This document shows positions 39,697 through 50,231 of a stretch of DNA of 64,000 nt, piece by piece. Positions within the stretch are counted from its first letter, which is position 1, and each line of letters starts with the position of its first letter. The notes below the pieces were generated by a model that ran no database searches, was not told the DNA's origin, and worked only from the letters and a program-made list of their open reading frames with translations. The translations under genes were made by a program, and so were the position numbers. Origin of the DNA: Mobula hypostoma (lineage: Eukaryota); NCBI RefSeq assembly GCF_963921235.1, contig NC_086097.1, positions 180,918,001 through 180,982,000 on the forward strand. Reading direction: 5' to 3'.

Positions 39697-40527
39697 TGTT
39701 ACGAGAATACACCTAAAATTAAGATGTTTGCTGGCCTGGGCTAGCATCAGTGGCATCAGCAGTTGGTCTACCACCTGCCCTCAGGGGAAGGAGAGATAAG
39801 GAACAATGGAGCAGCGTCTGGGGATGTGTAATGAGGGGATGTGGGAGGAAGAGCTGTCTGGAGCGGCTCCCCCCTTTGAACCCTGAACTGTTTGAAGTGA
39901 TGGACAGGCGATACCCCAGCAGGGGGATAAAAAGGGACAGGTTCGCTAAGACGACACACGCCACCCGAGGTAACGAGACCCTGGAAGCGGTACGCTTCTC
40001 ACGAGTGGGTGGAAAGGTACGATCAGCGGGAACCCGGTGTGTGTCTGCCCTTGCCTGGGTGCCGGGTTCACTGCAGAGGATCGACCGCATCTGGAGGAGG
40101 GGTCACAGTCGGTGACCTCAGGTGACATCACCAAGGACCCGCCCAAATGCTGTTTGTGAGCCATCTCGCTGGTCTGTGAGTGAAGCTGTGCTGAATGATG
40201 AGTTGTTCCTATTCTATGTCTCTCTTCCCCCACGTTATCCACCGCCATGGCAACGATTACTGCGAACTGAACTACTAAACTGGACTGAACTTTGAGTCAT
40301 TTTGAAATTGGTCATTTACCCCTAGACAACGATAGAGCTTGATTGATGCTGTTATCTTAATTCTGTGCACATGTGTGTTTATCATCACTGAACTGTTGCA
40401 TTTATTATCCTGTCGATTACTGTGTTGCTTGTTTCTGTAATAAAACTTTCTTAGTTCTAGTACTCCAGACTCCAACTGAGTGATCCATTTCTGCTGGTTT
40501 GGCAACCCAGTTACGGGGTACGTAACA
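39697..40527 (+). repeat. 5' LTR
   Basis: TGTTACG...CGTAACA termini; AATAAA at 40439-40444; nearly identical to 43763-44593. Confidence 0.97.
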
Positions 40528-40531
40528 TAAG

Positions 40532-40550
40532 TGGGGTTCTCGTCCGCGAT
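40532..40550 (+). other. Primer-binding site, tRNA-Pro-like
   Basis: TGGGGTTCTCGTCCGCGAT, 4 nt after the 5' LTR, versus canonical tRNA-Pro PBS TGGGGGCTCGTCCGGGAT. Confidence 0.75.
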
Positions 40551-40626
40551 TTTGAACGCTAAATTTGGGACAGAGTAAATTGATTGGGTTAAAATTCCCG
40601 AAAGAAAGAAAAGACAAACAGCAGAA

Positions 40627-43590
40627 ATGGAGGTTGAGGAATTTATAAAGGCGCCGACCTTGGAGGCATTAGAGGATGCCAGGAAATCGGAATTGATAGC
40701 TGTGGCCAAATGGGTGAATCTTGCCAAGGTGAAGTCGACAATGAGGAGAGAGGAGATACACAGAGCTATTGTAGAGCACTATGTATCTAAAGGTGTGTTT
40801 CCCCAAGGTGAGCTGGGGGTGGTGTCTATTGAAAAACCTGCTGGAGACGCGGTACAGGTACAACTTGAAAAACTGAGACTCGAGCACGAGTTCCGGGTAC
40901 GGCAGTTAGAACACGAAGAGAAGCAGTTAGAAAGGCAGGAGAGAGAGTTAGAAAGGCGGGAGAAAGAGAGAGAGTTAGAAAGGCAGGAGAAAGAGAGAGA
41001 GTTAGAAAGGCAGGAGAAAGAGAGAGAGTTAGAAAGGCAGGAGAAAGAGAGAGAGTTAGAAAGGCGGGAGAAAGAGAGAGAGTTAGAAAGGCGGGAGAGA
41101 GAGAAAGAGGTAGAAAGGCAAGAGAGAGAAAGACAGTTGGAGAGAGAGGAGAAACAGAGGGAAAGGGAATTTGAGCTGGAGAAGTTAAAGATAAGGGCCG
41201 AGCAGGGGCTCGTGCCGAACCAAGGTGGAGGGTTCCGGGCGACCCAGGAGGTTAGGCTGGTTCCCCCATTTGACGATACCGATGTGGATCGGTACTTTCT
41301 CCATTTCGAAAAAGTGGCCATAAGTCAGGAATGGCCGAGGGATAAGTGGGTTGTCTTACTTCAGAGTGTACTGAAAGGGAAAGCCCAACAAGCTTACTCC
41401 GCTTTATCCGCGGAAGATGCCCAGAAGTATGAGGTGGTGAAAGAGGCCATCCTCAGGATTTATGAGTTGGTCCCGGAGGCATACCGGCAGAGGTTCCGGA
41501 ATGCGAGGAAGCGGTGGGACCGCACGTATTTGGAGTTTGCTCGTGAGATGCAAACATATTGTGAGCGTTGGTGCGCCTCGAAAGGGGTAGAGGGGGATTA
41601 TGACAGACTGCTGCAGCTGATTCTGATTGAGCAGTTTAAAGGTTGTGTCCCTGAGGGTATGAGACCCTACCTCGATGAGAAAGAGGCAGCCACGTTAGCC
41701 GCAACTGCTAAGTTAGCGGATGAGTATGCGTTGACGCATAAAATGAAGTTTGCCCCGAGTAAAGGCTACCAGAAGGGTAGTCAGGACGGCGGGGAGAGTC
41801 CACCGGAAAAGTCAGAAAGTAAGCCGGGGACTAGTGAAAAGGATAAGGTAGACCGGGAGCAGTCTGGTAGGAAGTCTCCTGGGGTCGTCTGTTATAATTG
41901 TGGGAAAGTCGGACACTTTGCGTCCAGGTGCTTTGCCCCAAGAAAGGAGACGGGGAAAGGAAAAGCGGAAATTTTGAATGGCTGTATTGAGCTGTTAAGC
42001 GAACCGCTAGGGAAGGACAGGTCTGAAAAAGTCCAGGAAGGGCGCGAGAGGTTTATCTCGGCCGGACTGGTGTCAGTGAAAAAGAGGTTAAAACCAGTTC
42101 CAGTGCGGATCTGGAGAGACACGGGAGCGTGTCAGTCACTAATACTGAAGAGTGTATTAGAGTTTAGCTCAGAGACCCAGACTGGGGAGGTAGAGGTCAA
42201 AGGTGTTGGGGAAGGGACAGAGTCAGTCCCTTTGCACCAGATACACTTACAGAGCAACCTGGTCTCTGGACTAGTCACGATTGGAGTGAGGTCCGAATTA
42301 CCGATGAAAGACGTGGAAGTCTTGCTCGGTAATGACATCGCCGGAGGAATCGTGTTCCCAGTCGTGAGATTGACGGGTCAGCCTGCCAGCATGGAGGCCC
42401 CGCCCGCGATGGTGAATTTGGCTGAAACATTTCTGCCAACCTTGTATGAGACAGGGTGTAGTGAGATAAGAGGTAGTGAGGGAGCTGGGACGGACGTAGC
42501 AGTAGCCAGGAAAGAATTTGTGCAGACGCAGGAGCGAGACGAGGGGCTGATGGTTTTTGCCGAGACCGCTCTCTCTGACACAGCCTTGACAAGCTATTGT
42601 GCGGATGAGGAAGTGCTAAGGAAGAAAGGGAAATCAAGTACAGCATCCGCAGATGAGGAGTGGGGGGTGGTGCAAAAGAGTTATGGGGATGAGGTTTTTA
42701 ACATGGCCCACGAGGTACCCCCCGGTGGACATTTTGCGGTGCTGGAGGAAACAGTTGGTGGAATCATGAAAGAGAGTTACCGGCTGCCCAGGGGGAAAAA
42801 TGTTATTGATCATGACCGACGCGAACTGAGACGGTCACCGGCTTTTGATATGCTAACAAACCTAGTCGGTGTTAGCGTGGAAATCAATGAAGCTAGGGGC
42901 CCCCTGCTAAGAGAAAAAAACCATTTTGAAAAGATTAGGATGGGATCGGTCAGATGGGAGAAGGCTATTGTTTTGGCCAGGTCTACTGATAAGGTCTCTC
43001 CCTTAATCCCCGAAGGAGTAATTAAACGACTCGCACCCATGTGTTTGATTGTCCCGAGGAAATGCAAAGAACTGGGACGTTGGGTGATTGTGGTTACAAT
43101 AGGGCAGCCAAGCAAACAACACCCATATTTTTCGAGTAATTCAGTGACTAAAGGGCTGATGAACACAGAAGTGTGTATTGGCAATTTAACACGGCTGTCT
43201 GAAGCCAGTTTGATAGTGAACCTTGAAAAAAATGAATTTGGCCACACGAGAGTCACTTACCTGGGAATTGTGGTGACACAGGGGCAGCTGGCAGTGATGC
43301 AAGCTACAGTGCAGGCTATCGCTGACCTCCCAACCCCGACAGACAAGAGGGCCCTCAGAAGGCTCTTGGAGATGGTGGCGTACTGCAGGAAGTTTTGCAA
43401 TAACTCTGCGGTCAATACCCGTCCCCCTCCTACTAAGCCCTTGCGAGAGAAAATTGAGTCGGAATGGGACGACCCTTGTTGTTGTGGTCCGGGACAAAAC
43501 CAAATGAGAGGTTACATTGGTCGCAATTCATCAGTGTTTTTGGCCACTATGAAGTTTGCTGAGTTGGAGCCTGGTCTAAGGGATTATTAA
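40627..43590 (+). CDS. Gag (charged repeat, capsid/SCAN-like region, CCHC knuckle), protease and degenerate IN/RT remnants in one ORF
   Basis: CYNCGKVGHFASRC knuckle; IWRDTGACQS protease motif; AHEVPPGGHF integrase zinc-binding remnant; RLSEASLIVNLEKNEFGHTRVTYLG and DKRALRRLLEMVAYCRKFC RT-like remnants. Confidence 0.9.
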   Translation: MEVEEFIKAPTLEALEDARKSELIAVAKWVNLAKVKSTMRREEIHRAIVEHYVSKGVFPQGELGVVSIEKPAGDAVQVQLEKLRLEHEFRVRQLEHEEKQLERQERELERREKERELERQEKERELERQEKERELERQEKERELERREKERELERREREKEVERQERERQLEREEKQREREFELEKLKIRAEQGLVPNQGGGFRATQEVRLVPPFDDTDVDRYFLHFEKVAISQEWPRDKWVVLLQSVLKGKAQQAYSALSAEDAQKYEVVKEAILRIYELVPEAYRQRFRNARKRWDRTYLEFAREMQTYCERWCASKGVEGDYDRLLQLILIEQFKGCVPEGMRPYLDEKEAATLAATAKLADEYALTHKMKFAPSKGYQKGSQDGGESPPEKSESKPGTSEKDKVDREQSGRKSPGVVCYNCGKVGHFASRCFAPRKETGKGKAEILNGCIELLSEPLGKDRSEKVQEGRERFISAGLVSVKKRLKPVPVRIWRDTGACQSLILKSVLEFSSETQTGEVEVKGVGEGTESVPLHQIHLQSNLVSGLVTIGVRSELPMKDVEVLLGNDIAGGIVFPVVRLTGQPASMEAPPAMVNLAETFLPTLYETGCSEIRGSEGAGTDVAVARKEFVQTQERDEGLMVFAETALSDTALTSYCADEEVLRKKGKSSTASADEEWGVVQKSYGDEVFNMAHEVPPGGHFAVLEETVGGIMKESYRLPRGKNVIDHDRRELRRSPAFDMLTNLVGVSVEINEARGPLLREKNHFEKIRMGSVRWEKAIVLARSTDKVSPLIPEGVIKRLAPMCLIVPRKCKELGRWVIVVTIGQPSKQHPYFSSNSVTKGLMNTEVCIGNLTRLSEASLIVNLEKNEFGHTRVTYLGIVVTQGQLAVMQATVQAIADLPTPTDKRALRRLLEMVAYCRKFCNNSAVNTRPPPTKPLREKIESEWDDPCCCGPGQNQMRGYIGRNSSVFLATMKFAELEPGLRDY
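40915..41160 (+). repeat. 27-bp coding tandem repeat (ERELERQEK)n in gag
   Basis: Repeated unit gagagagagttagaaaggc(a/g)ggagaaa. Confidence 0.9.
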
Positions 43591-43762
43591 TAACACGTGT
43601 AAAAGGAACAGAAAATGTGATGACTGTCTGTCAAGGTGTTGACAGCTTCAAATTCTCTGTATTAGCTAAATAACTGTTAAAGATGTATATTGTGTATGTA
43701 TCAGATAATGTAGTCATGTTTGTAATTTTTACCTCCCGGTAAAAATCCTTAAAGGGGGGAAG

Positions 43763-44593
43763 TGTTACGAGAATACACCTAAAATTAAGATGTTTGCTGG
43801 CCTGGGCTAGCATCAGTGGCATCAGCAGTTGGTCTGCCACCTGCCCTCAGGGGAAGGAGAGATGAGGAACAATGGAGCAGCGTCTGGGGATGTGTAATGA
43901 GGGGATGTGGGAGGAAGAGCTGTCTGGAGCGGCTCCCCCCTTTGAACCCTGAACTGTTTGAAGTGATGGACAGGCGATACCCCAGCAGGGGGATAAAAAG
44001 GGACAGGTTCGCTAAGACGACACACGCCACCCGAGGTAACGAGACCCTGGAAGCGGTACGCTTCTCACGAGTGGGTGGAAAGGTACGATCAGCGGGAACC
44101 CGGTGTGTGTCCGCCCTTGCCTGGGTGCCGGGTTCACTGCAGAGGATCGACCGCATCTGGAGGAGGGGTCACAGTCGGTGACCTCAGGTGACATCACCAA
44201 GGACCCGCCCAAATGCTGTTTGTGAGCCATCTCGCTGGTCTGTGAGTGAAGCTGTGCTGAATGATGAGTTGTTCCTATTCTATGTCTCTCTTCCCCCACG
44301 TTATCCACCACCATGGCAACGATTACTGCGAACTGAACTACTAAACTGGACTGAACTTTGAGTCATTTTGAAATTGGTCATTTACCCCTAGACAACGATA
44401 GAGCTTGATTGATGCTGTTATCTTAATTCTGTGCACATGTGTGTTTATCATCACTGAACTGTTGCATTTATTATCCTGTCGATTACTGTGTTGCTTGTTT
44501 CTGTAATAAAACTTTCTTAGTTCTAGTACTCCAGACTCCAACTGAGTGATCCATTTCTGCTGGTTTGGCAACCCAGTTACGGGGTACGTAACA
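43763..44593 (+). repeat. 3' LTR
   Basis: Same length and termini as the 5' LTR; preceded by polypurine tract AAAGGGGGGAAG (43751-43762). Confidence 0.97.
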
Positions 44594-45761
44594 ATGGCAA
44601 GAGGATGGGGTGAGGGCAGATGTGCACAAAATGGAAGTGATGCGGGTGAGGGCAGCATTGATCGAGGAATAGAAGCCCCTTTCTTTGAAGGAATGGGATA
44701 TCTCTTCAAAGGAATGGGAATGGGATATGTTCTGGTATGAAAAGCCTCATCCTGAGGGCAGATGTGGCAGAAATGGAGGAACTGAGAGATGGGGATGGCA
44801 TTTTTACAAGTGACAGGGCACAAAGTGGTATAGTCCAGATGGCCGAGAGTCAGTGGATGGAGGCAAGGTTGATAAACCTGTTCATTAGCCAAGATACTAG
44901 CCATGGTAAAACTATTACAGAAAATACATCTTGAACTTTAAAATAAATGAAACATAATTGTGTACACTGATGAATGGGCATCTATGTAGATTGTGTGTAC
45001 TGCACGACTTAACTGACAAGTCTACAGTTGAGTCACCTTAAGCAAAAATTAAGCTATCACATTATATTTTAACAACCTGCACATCTTTGGTCTGAACTTC
45101 AAAGGTAATACATCTGCATTATCTAAATTAATTTTCCAATACTTCATCTTTTTTTAAAAAAATATTGGAAAGGTTCCTTGCAAGAAACCAATGCAAGTCA
45201 GAGAATGACTTGCAGCTTGTCCAACTAATAAAAATCAGTCCTATTATAAACAAAGCCTAAATATTTACACTGCAAAATCTGGAAATTGCAAGACTCAGTT
45301 AATACAGTGACCAAATTTAAAAATGTTGTGATTACATGAAAAAATTATAGAATTAGAACTTTTTAAAATTTCTTACATCCATTTCACAACATGAGGACTA
45401 AAAATCTTTATGTACAAGCAATAAGGAAGGGAAATACTGCCCAAACGCAAAGACTGTACCCATAATTATTTTGCAACAACGTATGCAGTCATATGTATGT
45501 GTACACATGTAAATCACAACATTCTATACCACGATAGAGACAACTACTTTCAATATTCAGTGAGTGGATATGCTAAAATAAACTGTTCCCATTGGAGGCG
45601 TCAAGAAATAGGAACAACTTGTCTTTCAGGTATGGTAAATCTTGTACACCTTATTTTTAAGGTAACTTTTTTTAATCCTTTCTTCCTTCTCTTCTAATAT
45701 TTATATTATCTGTGCACTTGTAATGCTACTGTGACACTGTAATCCCTTTGGATCAATTAAG

Positions 45762-46630
45762 TATCTGTCCCACTGATCTCCCTCCTGGCACCTATCCTTG
45801 TAAGCGGAACAAGTGCTACACATGCCCTTACACTTCTTACTTTACCACCATTCAGGGCCCCAGACAGTCCTTCCAGGTGAGGCGACACTTCATCTGTGAG
45901 TCGGCTGGGGTGATATACTGTGTCCGGTGTTCCCCATGTGGCCTTCTATATATCAGCGAGACCAGACACAGACTGGGAGATCGTTTTGCTGAACACCTAC
46001 GCTCTGTCCGCCAGAGAAAGCAGGATCTCCCAGTGGCCACACATTTTAATTCCACATCCCATTCCCATTCTGATATGTCTATCCACGGCCTCCTCTACTG
46101 TAAAGATGAAGCCACACGCAGGTTGGAGGAACAATACCTTATATTCCGTCTGGGTAGCCTCCAATCTGATGGCATGAACATTGACTTCTCTAACTTCCAC
46201 TAATGCCCCACCTCCCCCTCGCACCCCATCCGTTATTTATTTATATAGACACATTCTTTCTCTCTCTCTCCTTTTTCTCCCTCTGTCCCTCTGACTATAC
46301 CCCTTGCCCATCCACTGCCCCCCCCCACTGTCTTTCTTCCCTGATCTCCTGTCCCATGATCCTCTCGTATCCCTTTTGCTTATCACCTGTCCGGCTCTTG
46401 GCTCCATCCCTCCCCCTCCTGTCTTCTCCTATCATTTTGGATCTCCCCCTCCTCTTCCCACTTTCAAATCTCTTACTAGTTCTTCCTTCAGTTAGTCCTG
46501 ACGAAGGGTCTCGGCCGGAAACGTCGACTGTACCTCTTCCTACAGATGCTGCCCGGCCTGCTGCGTTCACCAGCAACTTTGATGTGTGTTGCTTGAATTT
46601 CCAGCATCTGTAGAATTCCTCGTGTTTACA
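45762..46630 (+). mobile_element. Penelope-like 3' part, young copy
   Basis: ORF 45748-46203 is nearly identical to the GIY-YIG part of the copy at 90-1265; hammerhead at 46494-46529. Confidence 0.9.
46494..46529 (+). ncRNA. Minimal type I hammerhead ribozyme (one stem II closing mismatch)
   Basis: AGTC CTGACGA AGGGTCTCGGCCG GAAAC GTC GACT. Confidence 0.65.
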
Positions 46631-47099
46631 TGTCTAATCTTCTGCTCTACCTTACTAACATTCTTTCCTCATCCTCCTCATGAATTAAAAACCTATGTTG
46701 CAGGAATAGCCCACACGTACCTGCTCTATCATAAATAAGAACACAATAATCACTAAACTCAGTACCGATCTCCTATACTAACTCTTTGATACTCTGAGGA
46801 TCACTCAGCGAGCCCTCCACCGGATGGCAAAGTTTCATCACCCTCTGACCAAGCAAATACTCCACAGAGGGCCCACCATAAAGAGACAAAGGAGGCCAAA
46901 TGGCTGCGTCTACTGTGGGTTGCACGAGGTCACTGCAACCAATAGGTTATAATCAGCAACAGGTCAAAATGTTCTGAGAGTCGGGTCGGGGACGGCCCTC
47001 TCTTTTACCCCCCACCCGCAAACAACAGCGCTGGCAGGGCGGCGCTCCCTCAGTGCTGCAATGGTAGTATCCCAGAGCTAAGGAGCACCCGGAGAAGGC

Positions 47100-47700
47100 A
47101 TATACCGCATCAACCCTCCATCCATCCATCCAAAGCCTGGAATCCCCGGGAGCCCGGGAAGCCGTGGCAGGCCCAAAGCCATAACAGACCGTCCAGGCCT
47201 GTGCCCCACAGCCGCGCCGGCACTTTCACCCCCCACCCCCAACACATTCAGTGGCGGATGTCACTGACTGAATACATTCACATCAATAAAATCCTTGATA
47301 CTTAACTAAACATCCCACCCGGTCCGAATGGCGATTTCATGATAAGCTGCCGAGCGCCTCCTCACCTGAGGTCGGTGCCTGCCCGCCTGCTCTCTCCTTA
47401 CCGTCGCTCCCGTCAGAGAAAACCGCGTGCCCACCGGCTTCTGCTTCTCGTCAACGACGCACTGCAAAACGCAACCGGCGCCGCGCTTGGTCCTCTGGGA
47501 TTTGTAGTTTATTCCCTTTTTCCGGCCTCCTTGCAGTTGGGGGGGCGAGATCACCAAAGGCACTGCACTTCCCACTGAGCATTGCGTGGCGCAGCCCTCT
47601 TCGCATTGCCTAGCTGCGAGCCGGTGCTATTTGGAGTTCCCCAGATAATACCGCTCCTCTCTAAGCCTTCTGGGATTTGTAGTTCAACATGGGAGACTTG
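47100..47700. promoter_or_regulatory. CpG-rich ABCF2 promoter with ZNF143/THAP11-type ACTACAnnTCCCA motifs
   Basis: ctgggatttgtagt (ACTACAAATCCCAG on minus) at 47495-47508 and 47670-47683; SBS-like ACTGCACTTCCCACTGAGCATTGCG at 47562-47586; local CpG enrichment. Confidence 0.75.
47402..47470 (-). other. ABCF2: Probable non-coding first exon of ABCF2 (TSS approximate)
   Basis: CpG-rich segment with donor ACG|GTAAGG after 47402 and an alternative CAG|GTGAGG after 47366. The ATG exon has its own acceptor, so an upstream exon is required. Confidence 0.6.
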
Positions 47701-49974
47701 ATAGTTTCTCAAGTATTTGCTGTACTATAGTTCCTATATTGGTAATTACATTTCTGGCGTCTTCCCCTTCCTTTCCAGTCATGAAGAAGGGCCTCGGCTA
47801 GAAACGTCGCCAGTTTATTCATTTCCATAGATGCTGCCTGACCTGCTGAGTTCCTCCAGCATTTCGTGTGTGTTGCTTTACATTTCCCATAATTCTTACT
47901 CTTCTTGGTGTTAAGTTTAATGGCGGTTGGCAGACCAACATGACATACATAACTGCTACCTGCTGAGTTGGGAGTGTGGAGCAAAGAAACAGGAACTATA
48001 CCCACTAAATTCCATCCCCAAAAAACTCATAATAGCAAAAAGCCTACTGTTTTTCAGAGTCAAATACGCACTTGCAATCATTATGGTGACAGTGATATCC
48101 TAACAAATTTTCCATGTTAAACTGCATCTGTCCTAAAGATCCCAATTTAGCAATTAGATGTTTCCTTTGCACCTCATAGGAACTACATTTAAACAATATA
48201 TGCTGCACCATTTCTTGACAAGTGCACTCCCTACAGATGCCAGTATCATGCAAATTAATTCTGAACGGGGAATTATTCAAGCTAGTATGTAAAAATGTAA
48301 GTATTATCTTATTCCCTCCTTTTATATCCATCTCTCAGTTGAGTTCCCACCATCCTCTGAATTTTATATAAATGCCATCCTTTCTTTTCCTTATCCCAAC
48401 TTTAATGCCACAGTGAATGAATCGACTTATTAAATACAGTATGGCTTTCATGTCCCCCTTGTGCAAAGGCACCAGTACATTTATATCCTTAACTTGAGCG
48501 ATTGCTTGGCAAGAATGTCTGCCACCTTCAACCCCTATATGGGCAGGAACCCTTATGAAATGTATACAGAGGACTAGAGCCTCAACCCATGTCCAATCTC
48601 AAGAAGAATGTTTGGCCTACAATTTGAAGCACCTATTGAAATAGATGTCCAGACGGAGAATGAATCAGAGCATAGAAGTACATAATTAAGGCATACTTCT
48701 TCGATTCATTCCAACGCTAAAATGATAGCAACCATCTCAGATGTGAATACTGATACTTTGTCTGATAATCTTTTCTTAATAGTCAGCTGAAACTTTGGAA
48801 CATGAACAGAAACACCCGGGTGACCTGTCACTGGATATTTTGCACCATCTGTGTAGATGTATAAGAATCCATACAATCTCCCTTGTATATAATGCTGAAC
48901 TTCCTGTGTCGCTGATAAACAATCACTCCTCATCTTGATATTTTCCTGAAGGCCAAAATCAACCACAGGCAAAGGGAAAAAACATAGAGGCGTGACAGAA
49001 AATGGTACACAGGAACCATAATCCACATTAAACAACCCAAGATTTTGTGCCAATTCATTTCCCATCCACTCAAAACTGAAGACCTTACGAACACAATGCT
49101 CCCAACACTCTACTCATGTTACCAATATTGGATGACCAACTTTATGTCCTCTTACTTTAACCCAATAAACTATTGCTAACCGTAACCTATATAGATGTAA
49201 AAGTACTTCACCCATTTCTACCAGTAATGCCGAAATTGGGAGTGGTTTAATAGCACCACAACATAATCTTAATGCTTGAGCTTCAACTTTATCTTGGAGT
49301 TTTAAGACTGCTGGTCGGGCTGGCCCATAAGGAACACATTCATAATCAAAGACAGATTTGATTAAAGCAACATAGATTTGTTTAAGTAACCTACCACACA
49401 CATCACAATCACACTCAACTGAGCACCTGGGCACAGTACGAGCTTTTTTACACTCCTCTAGAATTTTATTCACATGGATCTTCTATGTTAACCTTGTGTC
49501 CATCCACATACCTAAAACTTAATCACTGACTTGTGTTTAAGAGATTTACCATACAACTTGAGATCATTCGTGGGTGTAATGTTCCTTTTAGAAAAATAAA
49601 CAACTTGAGTCTTTGCAACAGAAAATTTAAACACCCCCCATGACCCCATTCCTCTACTTTATTAACAGCTGCCTGCATTTTCCTAGTTCTATAATTTTTA
49701 TTCCTGCCTCTCTTCCACATTTGGGAAAATCATTTGGGAAGATTTGGAAATATCTGAACCAATACTTTTAAAACTATTATGAATCATAATATTAAAAAGG
49801 AGTGGGCTACACACACTCCCCCGTAGTCTCCCTTTGTCTAACTCATATTCCTTAGAGAATGTTGTTCTCACCCTAATTTATCACATTTTAAAAAAATCTT
49901 AAGTCCAACTGAACATTCTACCACCTATTCCCATCTTTTCCAGTTTAAGCAGCAATCCTTGAGTCCATAACATA

Positions 49975-50231
49975 ACAACTGTCCAGCTCTTGGCTCCATC
50001 CCTCCCCCTCCTGTCTTTTCCTATCATTCTGGATCTCCCCCTCCCCCTCTCCCTCCCACTCCCACTTTCAAATCTCTTACTAGCTCTTCTTTCAGTTAGT
50101 CCTGACGAAGGGTCTCGACCCGAAACGTCGACTGTACCTCTTCCTTGAGATGCTGCCTGGCCTGCTGCGTTCACCAGCAACTTTTATGTGTTGCTTGAAA
50201 TTCCAGCATCTGGAGATTTCCTCGTGTTTGC
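49975..50231 (+). mobile_element. Short Penelope 3'-repeat-only insertion carrying a hammerhead
   Basis: 12-bp TSD gtccataacata at 49963-49974 and 50232-50243; no coding sequence. Confidence 0.85.
50098..50133 (+). ncRNA. Minimal type I hammerhead ribozyme (best-paired copy)
   Basis: AGTC-CTGACGA-A-GGGT CTCG ACCC-GAAAC-GTC^GACT: core CUGANGA and GAAA, stem II GGGT/ACCC, palindromic minimal stem III (ACGT), GUC triplet, stem I AGTC/GACT. Confidence 0.8.

Larger units (their letters stand above)
39697..44593 (+). mobile_element. Gypsy (Gmr1-like) LTR retrotransposon, complete ends, internally deleted
   Basis: Two 831-bp LTRs, 4-bp TSD ATGG (39693-39696 and 44594-44597), PBS, PPT and one 987-aa ORF. 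Confidence 0.95.
38745..44900 (-). mobile_element. Penelope-like fragment split by the LTR element (38745-39696 and 44598-about 44900)
   Basis: Sequence on both sides of the ATGG TSD is collinear with the Penelope copy at about 1130-1250. Confidence 0.85.

Noticed and set aside
40779..41321. 180-aa Ser/Leu-rich antisense ORF
   Set aside because: It is the reverse-strand shadow of the gag tandem repeat.
39719..44314. Duplicated 100-123 aa ORFs
   Set aside because: They lie in the two LTRs, are duplicated only for that reason, and have no recognisable motif.
44341..44904. 187-aa ORF
   Set aside because: Chimera of a Penelope remnant and the antisense LTR across the insertion junction.
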